Positions 37,264 through 45,989 of a stretch of DNA of 60,974 nt are shown here, piece after piece (the stretch's first letter is position 1; every line of letters begins with the position of its first letter). The stretch is from Candidatus Geothermarchaeota archaeon. Its GTDB lineage: Archaea > Thermoproteota > Nitrososphaeria > Geothermarchaeales > JDFR-13. Below the pieces are notes generated by a model that was not told where the DNA came from, searched no databases, and was given only the letters and a program-made list of their open reading frames with translations. The DNA is taken from positions 1-60,974 of the forward strand of contig WAJV01000036.1 in the NCBI GenBank assembly GCA_015523725.1. The letters run 5' to 3'. Position numbers and translations under genes: made by a program.

Positions 37264-38673
37264 ATGGAGAAATCTATATATATGAAGTTGGTTTCTTCTT
37301 ATAAAGCCGATTCTTGTAGGGCTTGTCAATATTCTGCTTTAGAGGGTTTGGAGATTCTAGCTCATGGGTTGGAGGTCGTCGATTCATATAAATCCATACT
37401 TCGGTACTTATCTAAAGATGGTAAGCATCTGTTCATTGGTGGTAATAAAAGTAATAGGATTGATCTTGATAAAGGATTCTATCTGGTTGGTTTTGGGAAG
37501 GCGTCTCTAGGTATGAGCAAAGCATTGGTGGATTATTCCAGTCAATATCTGGAAAAGGGTTTGATTATAGTTGATAGGAAGAGGGTTAGTTGGAGGATCA
37601 TGAATTATTTGAGAAATAATGGGATTGATGTATTATATGGTGGATATCCCCTACCTGATAAGCATACTATTTCTTCTTCTCAAAAATTAGTTGACTTCAT
37701 ATCTTCCGCGCCTGAGGATAAGTTGGTGGTGGTTTTAATAAGTGGTGGTGGGGAGTCGCTATTTGAAATTCCTATTGCTGACATTGATGTTGATGATATA
37801 TCGTTTTTATATAAGATTTGTAGAGAGAATGCTATGCGTCCACATGAATTTTCCACGGTTATTAAACATTTATCAAAGGTAAAAGGTGGGAGGTTTGCTC
37901 AATATATTTATCCTAGGCATGGTGTTTCTCTGATTATATCTCAGAGTCTTGGTCATGATATTTATGATGTGGCAGGTGGCCCTACCTTACCAGATGAATC
38001 TACTTATGAGGATGCAAAGAGGATTTTAGAGTTTTACGGTATTTGGGATGATTTACCAACTAGTATTACTAGGGCTATTATGGAGGGGATAGAAGGCGAT
38101 TTACCTGAGACATTGAGGAAGGGTGATCCAGTATTTAAGTATATGGAGAATGTGGTTGTGGCGAGTGGGAAGATTGGTTTAAAGAGTATGAAGATGTTTT
38201 CCGAGCTTAAAGGATATAACTCTTTTATATTAAGTAATAGGTTGGTTGGTGAAGCTAAGGAGATCGGTCAAGTAATTGCTTCATTGGTGGAGGATATGTA
38301 CTGGGATAATGAGCCAGTAGAGCCGCCTTCCGTGTTGGTGGCTGGTGGTGAGACTAGTGTCAGTGTTAGGGGTTCGGGGACTGGTGGCAGGAATCAGGAG
38401 CTTCTACTGTCTATTGTTAGAAGAATTAGTGGCCTTCATGGCGTAGCAGTTATAGCATTTAATACTGATGGTGTGGATGGTAATAGTCCTGCTGGTGGGG
38501 CTGTGATAGATGGGTGTACCTTGAGGGACGGGCTGAGGAAGGGATTGTATCCTGAAGATTACTTGAGGGAGAATGATAGCTATACTTTCTTTAAGCATTT
38601 GAATAGAGCGTTGGCGACTGGCGCCACTGGGACCGATGTTAATGATTTTATTATAGTAGTCATTAATGTATAG
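37264..38673 (+). CDS. Glycerate 2-kinase (MOFRL family)
   Basis: LISGGGESL and GGETSV..GTGGRNQELLLS motifs. It starts 2 nt after the KaiC-like stop. Confidence 0.85.
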   Translation: MEKSIYMKLVSSYKADSCRACQYSALEGLEILAHGLEVVDSYKSILRYLSKDGKHLFIGGNKSNRIDLDKGFYLVGFGKASLGMSKALVDYSSQYLEKGLIIVDRKRVSWRIMNYLRNNGIDVLYGGYPLPDKHTISSSQKLVDFISSAPEDKLVVVLISGGGESLFEIPIADIDVDDISFLYKICRENAMRPHEFSTVIKHLSKVKGGRFAQYIYPRHGVSLIISQSLGHDIYDVAGGPTLPDESTYEDAKRILEFYGIWDDLPTSITRAIMEGIEGDLPETLRKGDPVFKYMENVVVASGKIGLKSMKMFSELKGYNSFILSNRLVGEAKEIGQVIASLVEDMYWDNEPVEPPSVLVAGGETSVSVRGSGTGGRNQELLLSIVRRISGLHGVAVIAFNTDGVDGNSPAGGAVIDGCTLRDGLRKGLYPEDYLRENDSYTFFKHLNRALATGATGTDVNDFIIVVINV

Positions 38674-38716
38674 TAGGTAATTTTAAAGATATTATGAATA
38701 TTCATTTATTTTATTT

Positions 38717-38759
38717 AAAAAATATCAACTATACATAATTACTATTAGTTGATGTTTTT
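38717..38759 (+). terminator. Imperfect hairpin plus T-run downstream of the glycerate kinase gene
   Basis: AAAAAATATCAACTA (38717-38731) pairs with TAGTTGATGTTTTT (38746-38759), 13 of 14 positions aligned with the right arm. There is a ~14-nt loop and it ends in a T5 run. Confidence 0.35.
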
Positions 38760-38800
38760 ATAAATCATCTTTAAAAATATTTATATATGGGTGAATTACT

Positions 38801-39136
38801 ATGGAGATGAAGTTTGATGTGAAGACTGGCCCTGTTAGGCTGAGTGGATATGCATTGAAAATAAGGAGGGTTATAAACGGTGTCCTTAGGCCGCATTATA
38901 CGAAGGGGGAAGTTGATTCCAAGTCTGTTAACGAGAGTATCTCGGAGTTGAATACGAAGCTATATAATGTTCTAGTAGATAGGTACAAAATACCAAAAGA
39001 TGCTATAGTAAACATTAATTTGAGTTTTGAGGTTGTCGATAATAAAGTTAAGGTCCTGGATATATCTGCAGATGTATACGATAGGGATGATATATTAAGT
39101 AAGAATGTAACTGAGGATCTGAAAAAGATGGTTTAA
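38801..39136 (+). CDS. Hypothetical small protein
   Basis: 111-aa clean ORF with an upstream TATA-like TTTATATATG. No motif recognised. Confidence 0.5.
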   Translation: MEMKFDVKTGPVRLSGYALKIRRVINGVLRPHYTKGEVDSKSVNESISELNTKLYNVLVDRYKIPKDAIVNINLSFEVVDNKVKVLDISADVYDRDDILSKNVTEDLKKMV

Positions 39137-39172
39137 ACCTTTTCTTTTTATTTATTTGGTGTTTTAATTAGG

Positions 39173-40003
39173 ATGGTTCTTGGTTTAATTCTGGCGGGCG
39201 GTGAATCAAGGAGATTTGGGGATAATAAATTAGTTGCAAAGATAGATGATTCTACTGTTATTGACAGGGTATTTAATAATCTTAGTCGTACTGTTAATAG
39301 GATCTTTGTATCTGTTAGGGATAAGTCTCAAGAGAGGGTCTTGTTAGAGAGATGTATTTTCATAAATAGTGATTCCTTTGGTGGTTTTGTATATGACCTA
39401 AATAATTGCGGTGGTCCACTTTGTGGTATACTTTCATCTAAGGGATTGGGGGATGAGGAAGTTATCGTCGTCCCTGGGGACATTCCATGGATAACATATG
39501 ATGCATTAGAGTCTTTTTTAAATATCTCCAGAAAATATTCTGCATACGTATCTTCTCCTATATGGGGAAATGGTTTTATCGAGTCACTCATCATCTATTT
39601 TTCCTGGGGGAAGTTAACTGAATACTCTGATATTCTTTATGGAATTAGGATGAATGGACGTCCATCTGACTTCTATAGGATTGGTGAATCAGTATTATTT
39701 ATTCCAGTCAGTTATTTAACAGATTCACCTAAAGAGTTTGCCCATGTTAATTATGTGAGTGATTTAGAGAATCCCAAGGCTAAAAATCCTTTTCAGGGGG
39801 TGGTGAATGATTTTATATCTATCGAGAGAGATTCGCCAAAAGAATCTTTTCTCTATAGGGCCTTGGAGTCATTTAGAAAGAATGACATTATAGGAGGACT
39901 GAAGAATTTGGTTGAGGAGCTTGAATTTTATGTCGGTAAGAATTTATTTTTATTGGCTGAGCACGTTGCATTAGATATAGCTGGATTTATTAAGAAATTG
40001 TAG
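39173..40003 (+). CDS. MobA-like molybdenum/tungsten cofactor nucleotidyltransferase with a C-terminal extension
   Basis: LILAGGESRRFG..DK N-terminus, VVPGDIPW, and ~80 extra C-terminal residues. Confidence 0.6.
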   Translation: MVLGLILAGGESRRFGDNKLVAKIDDSTVIDRVFNNLSRTVNRIFVSVRDKSQERVLLERCIFINSDSFGGFVYDLNNCGGPLCGILSSKGLGDEEVIVVPGDIPWITYDALESFLNISRKYSAYVSSPIWGNGFIESLIIYFSWGKLTEYSDILYGIRMNGRPSDFYRIGESVLFIPVSYLTDSPKEFAHVNYVSDLENPKAKNPFQGVVNDFISIERDSPKESFLYRALESFRKNDIIGGLKNLVEELEFYVGKNLFLLAEHVALDIAGFIKKL

Positions 40004-40017
40004 CCTTATTGGGTGTG

Positions 40018-40647
40018 ATGATGTTGAGTGAATCAGATTTATATATTTTAATTAAGTTATTAACTATAATTTCATCGGTCGCCCCAGCCTATCAAGATTT
40101 TAAGACTAGACTAATTGATGATAGGGTGTGGAGTTTATATATCTTTCCTTATGCAGCATTGGTATATGGCATTTATTCAGGATTGATTGTAGTTTCAAAG
40201 GTTTATCTAGGTATAGTCATCTCTATATTGATTGTATTTGTTATGGTAATAGCATCTAAGTTTGGTTTTTCATTGGGTGGCGCTGATTTCATTATGTTTA
40301 TAATCATCTCCCCACTATCATTCGTCTTTGAACCCGATGTTTTTGCTGTTAACTTAATACCTGGTTTCATTCAAGTACTTCTTTTATCTAGTATAATTAG
40401 TGTTATCTACGTTATCCTTAAATGTATATACATAAATAGGAGTAAGTTTTCTACTGAGCATGGTTTCTTTAATAAACTTAAATTATTATATGGGTATTGG
40501 GTTTACGAAGCAGATGATCTTAAAGAGATTATATTGGAGGAGAGGAATGGATTAAAATTTGTCACTCCGGGGATACCGATGGTTACATTTATTTTTATTT
40601 CTATGGTACTATTGTCGATGTTAGATTATATAATTATGTTTTACTAG
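40018..40647 (+). CDS. A24-family aspartic peptidase (prepilin/preflagellin peptidase-like)
   Basis: Polytopic membrane protein with QDFKTRLIDDRVW and GGADFIMF, corresponding to the two catalytic Asp motifs. Confidence 0.6.
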   Translation: MMLSESDLYILIKLLTIISSVAPAYQDFKTRLIDDRVWSLYIFPYAALVYGIYSGLIVVSKVYLGIVISILIVFVMVIASKFGFSLGGADFIMFIIISPLSFVFEPDVFAVNLIPGFIQVLLLSSIISVIYVILKCIYINRSKFSTEHGFFNKLKLLYGYWVYEADDLKEIILEERNGLKFVTPGIPMVTFIFISMVLLSMLDYIIMFY

Positions 40648-40752
40648 TATTTGTAAATAGTAAGAGCGCCTTGTTTATATTTCTGTCTTTATTTTATGTG
40701 GTTTTAATTAACTAGATTTTATATTCATGTATATTTATGTAAATTAGTGGTA

Positions 40753-41817
40753 ATGAATTTGGAGACACCTATTAGGGAGGGCCTACATATAGCTAAGTTT
40801 TGGAGGGTGGATGGAGATAGGATACATTGTTATTTATGTCATAGGAATTGTAGAATTCCGGAGTCATCGATTGGGTTTTGTGGAGTAAGAAAGAATATTG
40901 GTGGAGTACTTTATGCCCTTAATTATGGTATGGTTATTGCTAGGAATGTAGATCCTATTGAGAAAAAGCCATTAACACATTTCGTGCCTGGATCTATGGT
41001 ATATTCAATAGCTACTGTGGGCTGTAACTTTGCCTGTCAGTATTGCCAGAATTGGGATATAAGTCAGAGGAGGAAGATTACAGGATATTATATGACCCCT
41101 CAACAGGTTATAGATGATGCATTGTTATATAGGGCCGATGGAATATCTTATACATACAATGAACCTACAATCTTCGCTGAGTATGCTTTAGATATTATGA
41201 GGTTGGCTCATGAAAAAGGATTGTTTAATACTTGGGTTACCAACGGTTTTATGACTCCTGAAGCTATTGAAGAGATTGGGGTATATCTAGATGCTGCTAC
41301 GGTTGATTTTAAAGGACATGGGAATAAATTATTTTACAGGAAGTACATCTATGTCGTAGATTCCAATCCTATTTTTGATAGTTTATTGGCATTGAAGGAT
41401 AAAGGCGTATTTATTGAAATCACCGACTTAGTCGTTCCAGTTGATGAAGGTTCTAATTATGATGATGTTAGAAAATTGGCTCGTTGGGTTGTTGAGAATT
41501 TAGGGCCAGAGACTCCGATGCATTTCCTAAGGTTTCATCCAGATTATAAAATGTTGAATGTGCCATCTACACCAGTTAAGGTTTTAGAGAAATGCGTTGA
41601 TATCGCTAGGGATGAGGGCATTCAATATGCATATATTGGTAATGTTTGGGGCCACCCTTATGAAGATACTTACTGTCCTCACTGTGGATATAAAGTGATA
41701 GATAGATTAGGTTTTTATATTAAAAAGTTTGATGTCAAGAAGGATGGAAGATGCCCAAAATGTGGGCATAAATTGAATATAGTGCTTAGTCCACCTAAGC
41801 TTAAAGGTGGCGATTAA
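40753..41817 (+). CDS. AmmeMemoRadiSam-type radical SAM enzyme (PflA-like)
   Basis: CYLCHRNC..CGVR N-terminal cluster, CNFACQYCQNW radical SAM motif, and C-terminal CPHCG..CPKCG. Confidence 0.8.
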   Translation: MNLETPIREGLHIAKFWRVDGDRIHCYLCHRNCRIPESSIGFCGVRKNIGGVLYALNYGMVIARNVDPIEKKPLTHFVPGSMVYSIATVGCNFACQYCQNWDISQRRKITGYYMTPQQVIDDALLYRADGISYTYNEPTIFAEYALDIMRLAHEKGLFNTWVTNGFMTPEAIEEIGVYLDAATVDFKGHGNKLFYRKYIYVVDSNPIFDSLLALKDKGVFIEITDLVVPVDEGSNYDDVRKLARWVVENLGPETPMHFLRFHPDYKMLNVPSTPVKVLEKCVDIARDEGIQYAYIGNVWGHPYEDTYCPHCGYKVIDRLGFYIKKFDVKKDGRCPKCGHKLNIVLSPPKLKGGD

Positions 41818-41885
41818 CATTTTTATAGCTTTTCATTTTATTTAGCTAAATATTCGTAGGTATTATTTATGGGAGTTGATGGTCT

Positions 41886-42602
41886 ATGGTTAAGACGGAA
41901 TTACTTTACTTGAAAGATGCTTATTTAAAGGAGACGGTGGCCCAAGTTTTGGAAGTGACGGAGGATGGGGTAATCTTTGATAAAACTGTTTTCTATCCTG
42001 GAGGAGGGGGTCAAATACATGATACTGGTGCTGTAATAGTCGGAGATAAGCGAATAAATGTTTCCAGAGCCTTCAAAAAGGGTGGTGAAGTTTATCATAT
42101 AATTGAGGGAGGCGAATTAAGTTCAGGGGAAGAAGTGATTTTGAGGATAAATTGGGATAGAAGATATAGAATTATGAAGATGCATACTAGTCTCCATATA
42201 ATAGGTGCGATCATGTACTTTGATTATAATGTACTAATTACTGGGTCAAATATTTACGAGGAGTATGCAAGAATAGATTTCCCTATGAAGGGGATGAACA
42301 AGGAATTAGCATTATCTATAGTTGCTAAGGCGGACTCTATTGCTAAGGAGGGTCATGAAGTAAGGACATATTTTATGCCCACCAAAGAAGCATTGAAACA
42401 CAGGGAATATTTTAGAGTTGCTGATATATCGAAATATGCTAAATATCTTGGTGATGAAGTTAGGATAGTGGAGATAGTTGGGGTCGATACTGAGTTGGAT
42501 GGTGGTACTCATGTAAAGAATACTAAGGAAATTGGTGAGATAAAGTTTTTAAAGTATGAGAGTAAGGGTAGTAAAAACCGGAGGATATACATAACCGTAT
42601 AA
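41886..42602 (+). CDS. alaX: Alanyl-tRNA editing protein AlaX
   Basis: FYPGGGGQ, MHTSLH (HxxxH), and DGGTHV motifs. Confidence 0.85.
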   Translation: MVKTELLYLKDAYLKETVAQVLEVTEDGVIFDKTVFYPGGGGQIHDTGAVIVGDKRINVSRAFKKGGEVYHIIEGGELSSGEEVILRINWDRRYRIMKMHTSLHIIGAIMYFDYNVLITGSNIYEEYARIDFPMKGMNKELALSIVAKADSIAKEGHEVRTYFMPTKEALKHREYFRVADISKYAKYLGDEVRIVEIVGVDTELDGGTHVKNTKEIGEIKFLKYESKGSKNRRIYITV

Positions 42603-42700
42603 TCTTTTTTACAACTGTATACATATTTTAACCTATTATATTTACTATATTTATATTTCCTTAATTAAAGTATATATTAATATATTAAAAATGAGACAAA

Positions 42701-42729
42701 TTATATAGCGCGCCAGTAATATATACTGG
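42701..42729 (+). promoter_or_regulatory. TATA-like box plus palindrome CCAGTA-N5-TACTGG upstream of the cytochrome gene
   Basis: TTATATA at 42701-42707. Perfect 6-bp inverted repeat at 42713-42729, between the TATA box and ATG 42738. Confidence 0.35.
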
Positions 42730-42737
42730 TGAATAAA

Positions 42738-44345
42738 ATGAATAGACTAGAGAAGTACAAGAAATATATATTCCTACTCTTTACTGTATCGCTTTTAGTA
42801 ATAATACTTTCTTATTTGTCGTGGCAGTCGACTTCAGTTTTCGGTGTTAAATTCTCCTTGAGAGAAATTGAGAGGCCCAGAATTGTTGATCATACTGAGG
42901 CATTTAAGGCTTTGAATATAACTACGTATAGGGGTTCCATCAGTTGCATACCGTGCCACCGGGATGTTACAATAGATGTTTTCCACTCGTATCATTATCA
43001 ACTGGCTAATTATGTAAGCGATGTTGCTGGTCATGGAGAAGTATTGGTGGGTAGTAAATATGTATATAATGATTTTTGCGGTGCTATTTTTTGGAACGGT
43101 ACTGTCCCAATTAACTACATTGGTAATGCCACCTTAAAGAAGCCTCCAGAGGGGTTCGAGGGTTATAGGGGGCGTTTTATAGCTAGTGGTTGTTCGATGT
43201 GTCATGGTGTAAGTCTTGGAACCGTTCCTTCTACTAATTTAAGTGAGGAACAGTTATCAAATATTGATTGTCTTGTGTGCCATTCTACTAAATATAAGGG
43301 TGGACCTATTGGGATTAAGGAAGGATGGAGGAAATTGGTTAAGACTGAGAATGGCTTCAGGTATCTGCCTAATCCAGAAATAAGTATTGAAGAGTTGGCG
43401 AAGACGATAACTTCAACGCCTACCAAAGATAGTTGTTTATATTGTCATGCATTTTCTGGAGGTGGACCTGGTTTCAAGAGACCTAACTTAGGTCCTGAAT
43501 TGATAGGGAATGTTTCTAGAGATGTTGATGTACATATGGGTAGTGGTTTATGGTGCATCGATTGCCATGTGGCTGATGAACATGATTTTAAATTAAGGTC
43601 TTCCGACACTTGGTCAAGGAGGGGTGGTGATGTCGTCGAGTGCTCTTCTTGTCATGAGGATAGACATACTGCTCCAGTTACAGGATGGTTTATTGAGACT
43701 TTTCATATAGATAAGGTGGCTTGTCAGACTTGTCATATTCCAATTATTGGTTATAAAACACCTACAGAGGTATCTAGAGATTGGAGTACCATAGAATTTA
43801 ATGAAAAATTACTTAGGTATGAGCCTAAGATCGAGCTTAAAGGAAACTTGACGCCAGTATATCTGTGGTGGAATGAGAAGGATAGAATTGAATATATATA
43901 TCCAGAAAAGGCCAATGTTAGTGAAGGTAAGATTATTTTGTCTAAGCCGGTTGGAAGTATTGAAGATGGTAAGATCTATCCCTATAAATACCATATAGCC
44001 GTTGTACCCTTTGATGAGGATAAAGGAATTCCTATACCAATAAAAGTTGGTGTAGTGTTCGCTACTGGTAATAATACATTGGCTTTTAAATTAGGTGGTA
44101 AGCCTGGGGGATTAGTATTTAATGGAAAATATGTCACTTTAGTTAGATATATGGCAGTTAATCATGGTGTTAAGCCGGCTGATAAAGCTTTAGGATGTTT
44201 CGATTGCCATGGATTCTGGAAGACTAGGATGGATTGGGAAGCCTTAGGATACGGTATATATCCCAAAGTAATATTCTCGGCTATATTATTGGCCATAATA
44301 ATTGTGATTATGGGTTTGATCTATTTCTTCTTTAAGGGTAGGTGA
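42738..44345 (+). CDS. Membrane-anchored octahaem c-type cytochrome
   Basis: Eight CxxCH motifs (CIPCH, CSMCH, CLVCH, CLYCH, CIDCH, CSSCH, CQTCH, CFDCH), an N-terminal hydrophobic signal/anchor, and a C-terminal TM helix. The ORF is open from GTG 42729. Confidence 0.85.
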   Translation: MNRLEKYKKYIFLLFTVSLLVIILSYLSWQSTSVFGVKFSLREIERPRIVDHTEAFKALNITTYRGSISCIPCHRDVTIDVFHSYHYQLANYVSDVAGHGEVLVGSKYVYNDFCGAIFWNGTVPINYIGNATLKKPPEGFEGYRGRFIASGCSMCHGVSLGTVPSTNLSEEQLSNIDCLVCHSTKYKGGPIGIKEGWRKLVKTENGFRYLPNPEISIEELAKTITSTPTKDSCLYCHAFSGGGPGFKRPNLGPELIGNVSRDVDVHMGSGLWCIDCHVADEHDFKLRSSDTWSRRGGDVVECSSCHEDRHTAPVTGWFIETFHIDKVACQTCHIPIIGYKTPTEVSRDWSTIEFNEKLLRYEPKIELKGNLTPVYLWWNEKDRIEYIYPEKANVSEGKIILSKPVGSIEDGKIYPYKYHIAVVPFDEDKGIPIPIKVGVVFATGNNTLAFKLGGKPGGLVFNGKYVTLVRYMAVNHGVKPADKALGCFDCHGFWKTRMDWEALGYGIYPKVIFSAILLAIIIVIMGLIYFFFKGR

Positions 44346-44351
44346 CTCTAT

Positions 44352-45227
44352 TCACTTTTTATTTTCCAATATTTCTATTAAGGTGTCAACTATTTTCTTG
44401 AATTCCTTACTGAATGTACTATCTTTATTATTTAGTATATATAATCCACCCTTGTCTTCTGCCTCTGCTAATCCTGGGTCAATCGGTATGCTTCCTAGAA
44501 GGGGTATGTTGAACATTTTCGATAATAATTTCCCCCCTTCACCTGGGAAGACTTTATATATTTTCTTTTCCCCTGGGCATATGAAGCCACTCATATTCTC
44601 TATTATCCCGAGTACATCTACTCCGGCTTTTTGAGCGAAGTCTATTGATTTTGCGACTGCTAGAGCTGATACATCGGTTGGTTGTGTTACTGCTATTAAG
44701 CCGGTTAAATCATTGACTGATTGTATTAGGTTTAGTGCTTCATCTCCGGTACCTGGTGGTAGGTCTACTAGCAAGAAATCTAGTTCTCCAAATAGTGCTG
44801 ATGCAAGTATCTCTTCTAGAAAACTTTTTTTCAGCGGGCCTCTCCATATTACTGCTGAGGTTGGATCGGGTAGAAAGAAGAAGATGCTTATTATCTTGAT
44901 GTCTAGTGGGCCTTTAACTGGTATCATTTTTCTATCTCTAGTTGCCATTACACGTTTATCCTCGACACCCAACATTTTAGGTATGCTTGGTCCATGGAAG
45001 TCGCTATCGATAATTCCAACTTTATATCCTCTAGATGCCAATTCGATTGCCAGGTTTGCTGTTACTGTCGATTTACCGACGCCTCCTTTTCCACTGATTA
45101 CACCTATTTTATACTTTATTTTTTTCATATTCTCTTCTATCATTTTTTGCTTTGTTTGCATGGTGAATAATGCCTGTAACTTGGCTTTAGCCTCTTCTTT
45201 TGATACTCCGGGCTTGATGTGCGACAT
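44352..45227 (-). CDS. Mrp/NBP35/ApbC-family P-loop ATPase (Fe-S cluster carrier)
   Basis: SGKGGVGKST deviant Walker A, DLPPGTGDE, and ENMSGFICPGE. Confidence 0.85.
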   Translation of the reverse strand: MSHIKPGVSKEEAKAKLQALFTMQTKQKMIEENMKKIKYKIGVISGKGGVGKSTVTANLAIELASRGYKVGIIDSDFHGPSIPKMLGVEDKRVMATRDRKMIPVKGPLDIKIISIFFFLPDPTSAVIWRGPLKKSFLEEILASALFGELDFLLVDLPPGTGDEALNLIQSVNDLTGLIAVTQPTDVSALAVAKSIDFAQKAGVDVLGIIENMSGFICPGEKKIYKVFPGEGGKLLSKMFNIPLLGSIPIDPGLAEAEDKGGLYILNNKDSTFSKEFKKIVDTLIEILENKK

Positions 45228-45325
45228 TCTTCTTACCTCTACATAACATTGTTATATCTACTAATTAAGTTTGATATTAAAAATATAATTTTATGGTTTA
45301 TTGAATATTAACTTGGGTGTTGTAT

Positions 45326-45598
45326 ATGAATATTGTATTTGGTGGAGGGGAGCTAGGTCTTTTACTAATAATAGTTGGTATTATATTGATTATCATAGCT
45401 TTTTTCAAGATAGGGAGAGGTGGTAGGGGAGGGGGGATACTACTTATTGGTCCTATTCCTATTATATGGGGGAGTGATAGGGAGTCCCTGGGGTGGGTTG
45501 TATTAATTGGATTGATTCTATTTATCATCTATATTATCTTTATTTATCTAGTTTGGTCTGGGTGGTTGGTTCATGTCGGGCAGGGTTCCGGTTTGTGA
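45326..45598 (+). CDS. Small two-TM membrane protein (DUF131/TIGR00304-like)
   Basis: Two hydrophobic helices flank GRGGRGGGILLIGPIPIIWGSD, which resembles my memory of the archaeal DUF131 family. Confidence 0.45.
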   Translation: MNIVFGGGELGLLLIIVGIILIIIAFFKIGRGGRGGGILLIGPIPIIWGSDRESLGWVVLIGLILFIIYIIFIYLVWSGWLVHVGQGSGL

Positions 45599-45989
45599 TA
45601 TTTGTGGTGAGAGGAATGCAGAATATGTGTGTAGTAGCTGTGGCAGATTGGTGTGTAGATATGATTTTGATCCTTATTTAAGAGTTTGTACTATTTGTTC
45701 TAAGTCCATAGGGAAGGGTTATTATGAGCATATGGAGAACGTAGATGTTTTTAAGTGGTTTTTAGTTATTTTTATTGGTTTCATATTGGTTACTATTGGT
45801 CTTTTCTTGTGGGCATTAAGTTCTTCTGGATTTGTCGGTGAGTCATTTGTGGTGATTGCTCCCTTTCCTTTTATTTTCTTTGGAAAGGTGGGGCTAGAGA
45901 TTGGATTATTAATTCTTATCATAATTATAATTATATTTGTTTTTCTTCTTCGCTATTTGAGGTTTTCGAGACCAATTGGCCCTTCATAG
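45573..45989 (+). CDS. Zinc-finger membrane protein with a DUF131-like C-terminal part
   Basis: CDICG..CSSCG..C..CTIC Cys-rich N-terminus, then TM helices around VVIAPFPFIFFGK. It overlaps the preceding gene by 26 nt. Confidence 0.5.
   Translation: MSGRVPVCDICGERNAEYVCSSCGRLVCRYDFDPYLRVCTICSKSIGKGYYEHMENVDVFKWFLVIFIGFILVTIGLFLWALSSSGFVGESFVVIAPFPFIFFGKVGLEIGLLILIIIIIIFVFLLRYLRFSRPIGPS

Noticed and set aside
45413-45436. G-rich tract GGGAGAGGTGGTAGGGGAGGGGGG as a possible G-quadruplex in an AT-rich genome.
   Set aside because: It simply encodes the Gly/Arg-rich loop (GRGGRGGG) of the small membrane protein. There is no independent evidence for a structural DNA or RNA role.
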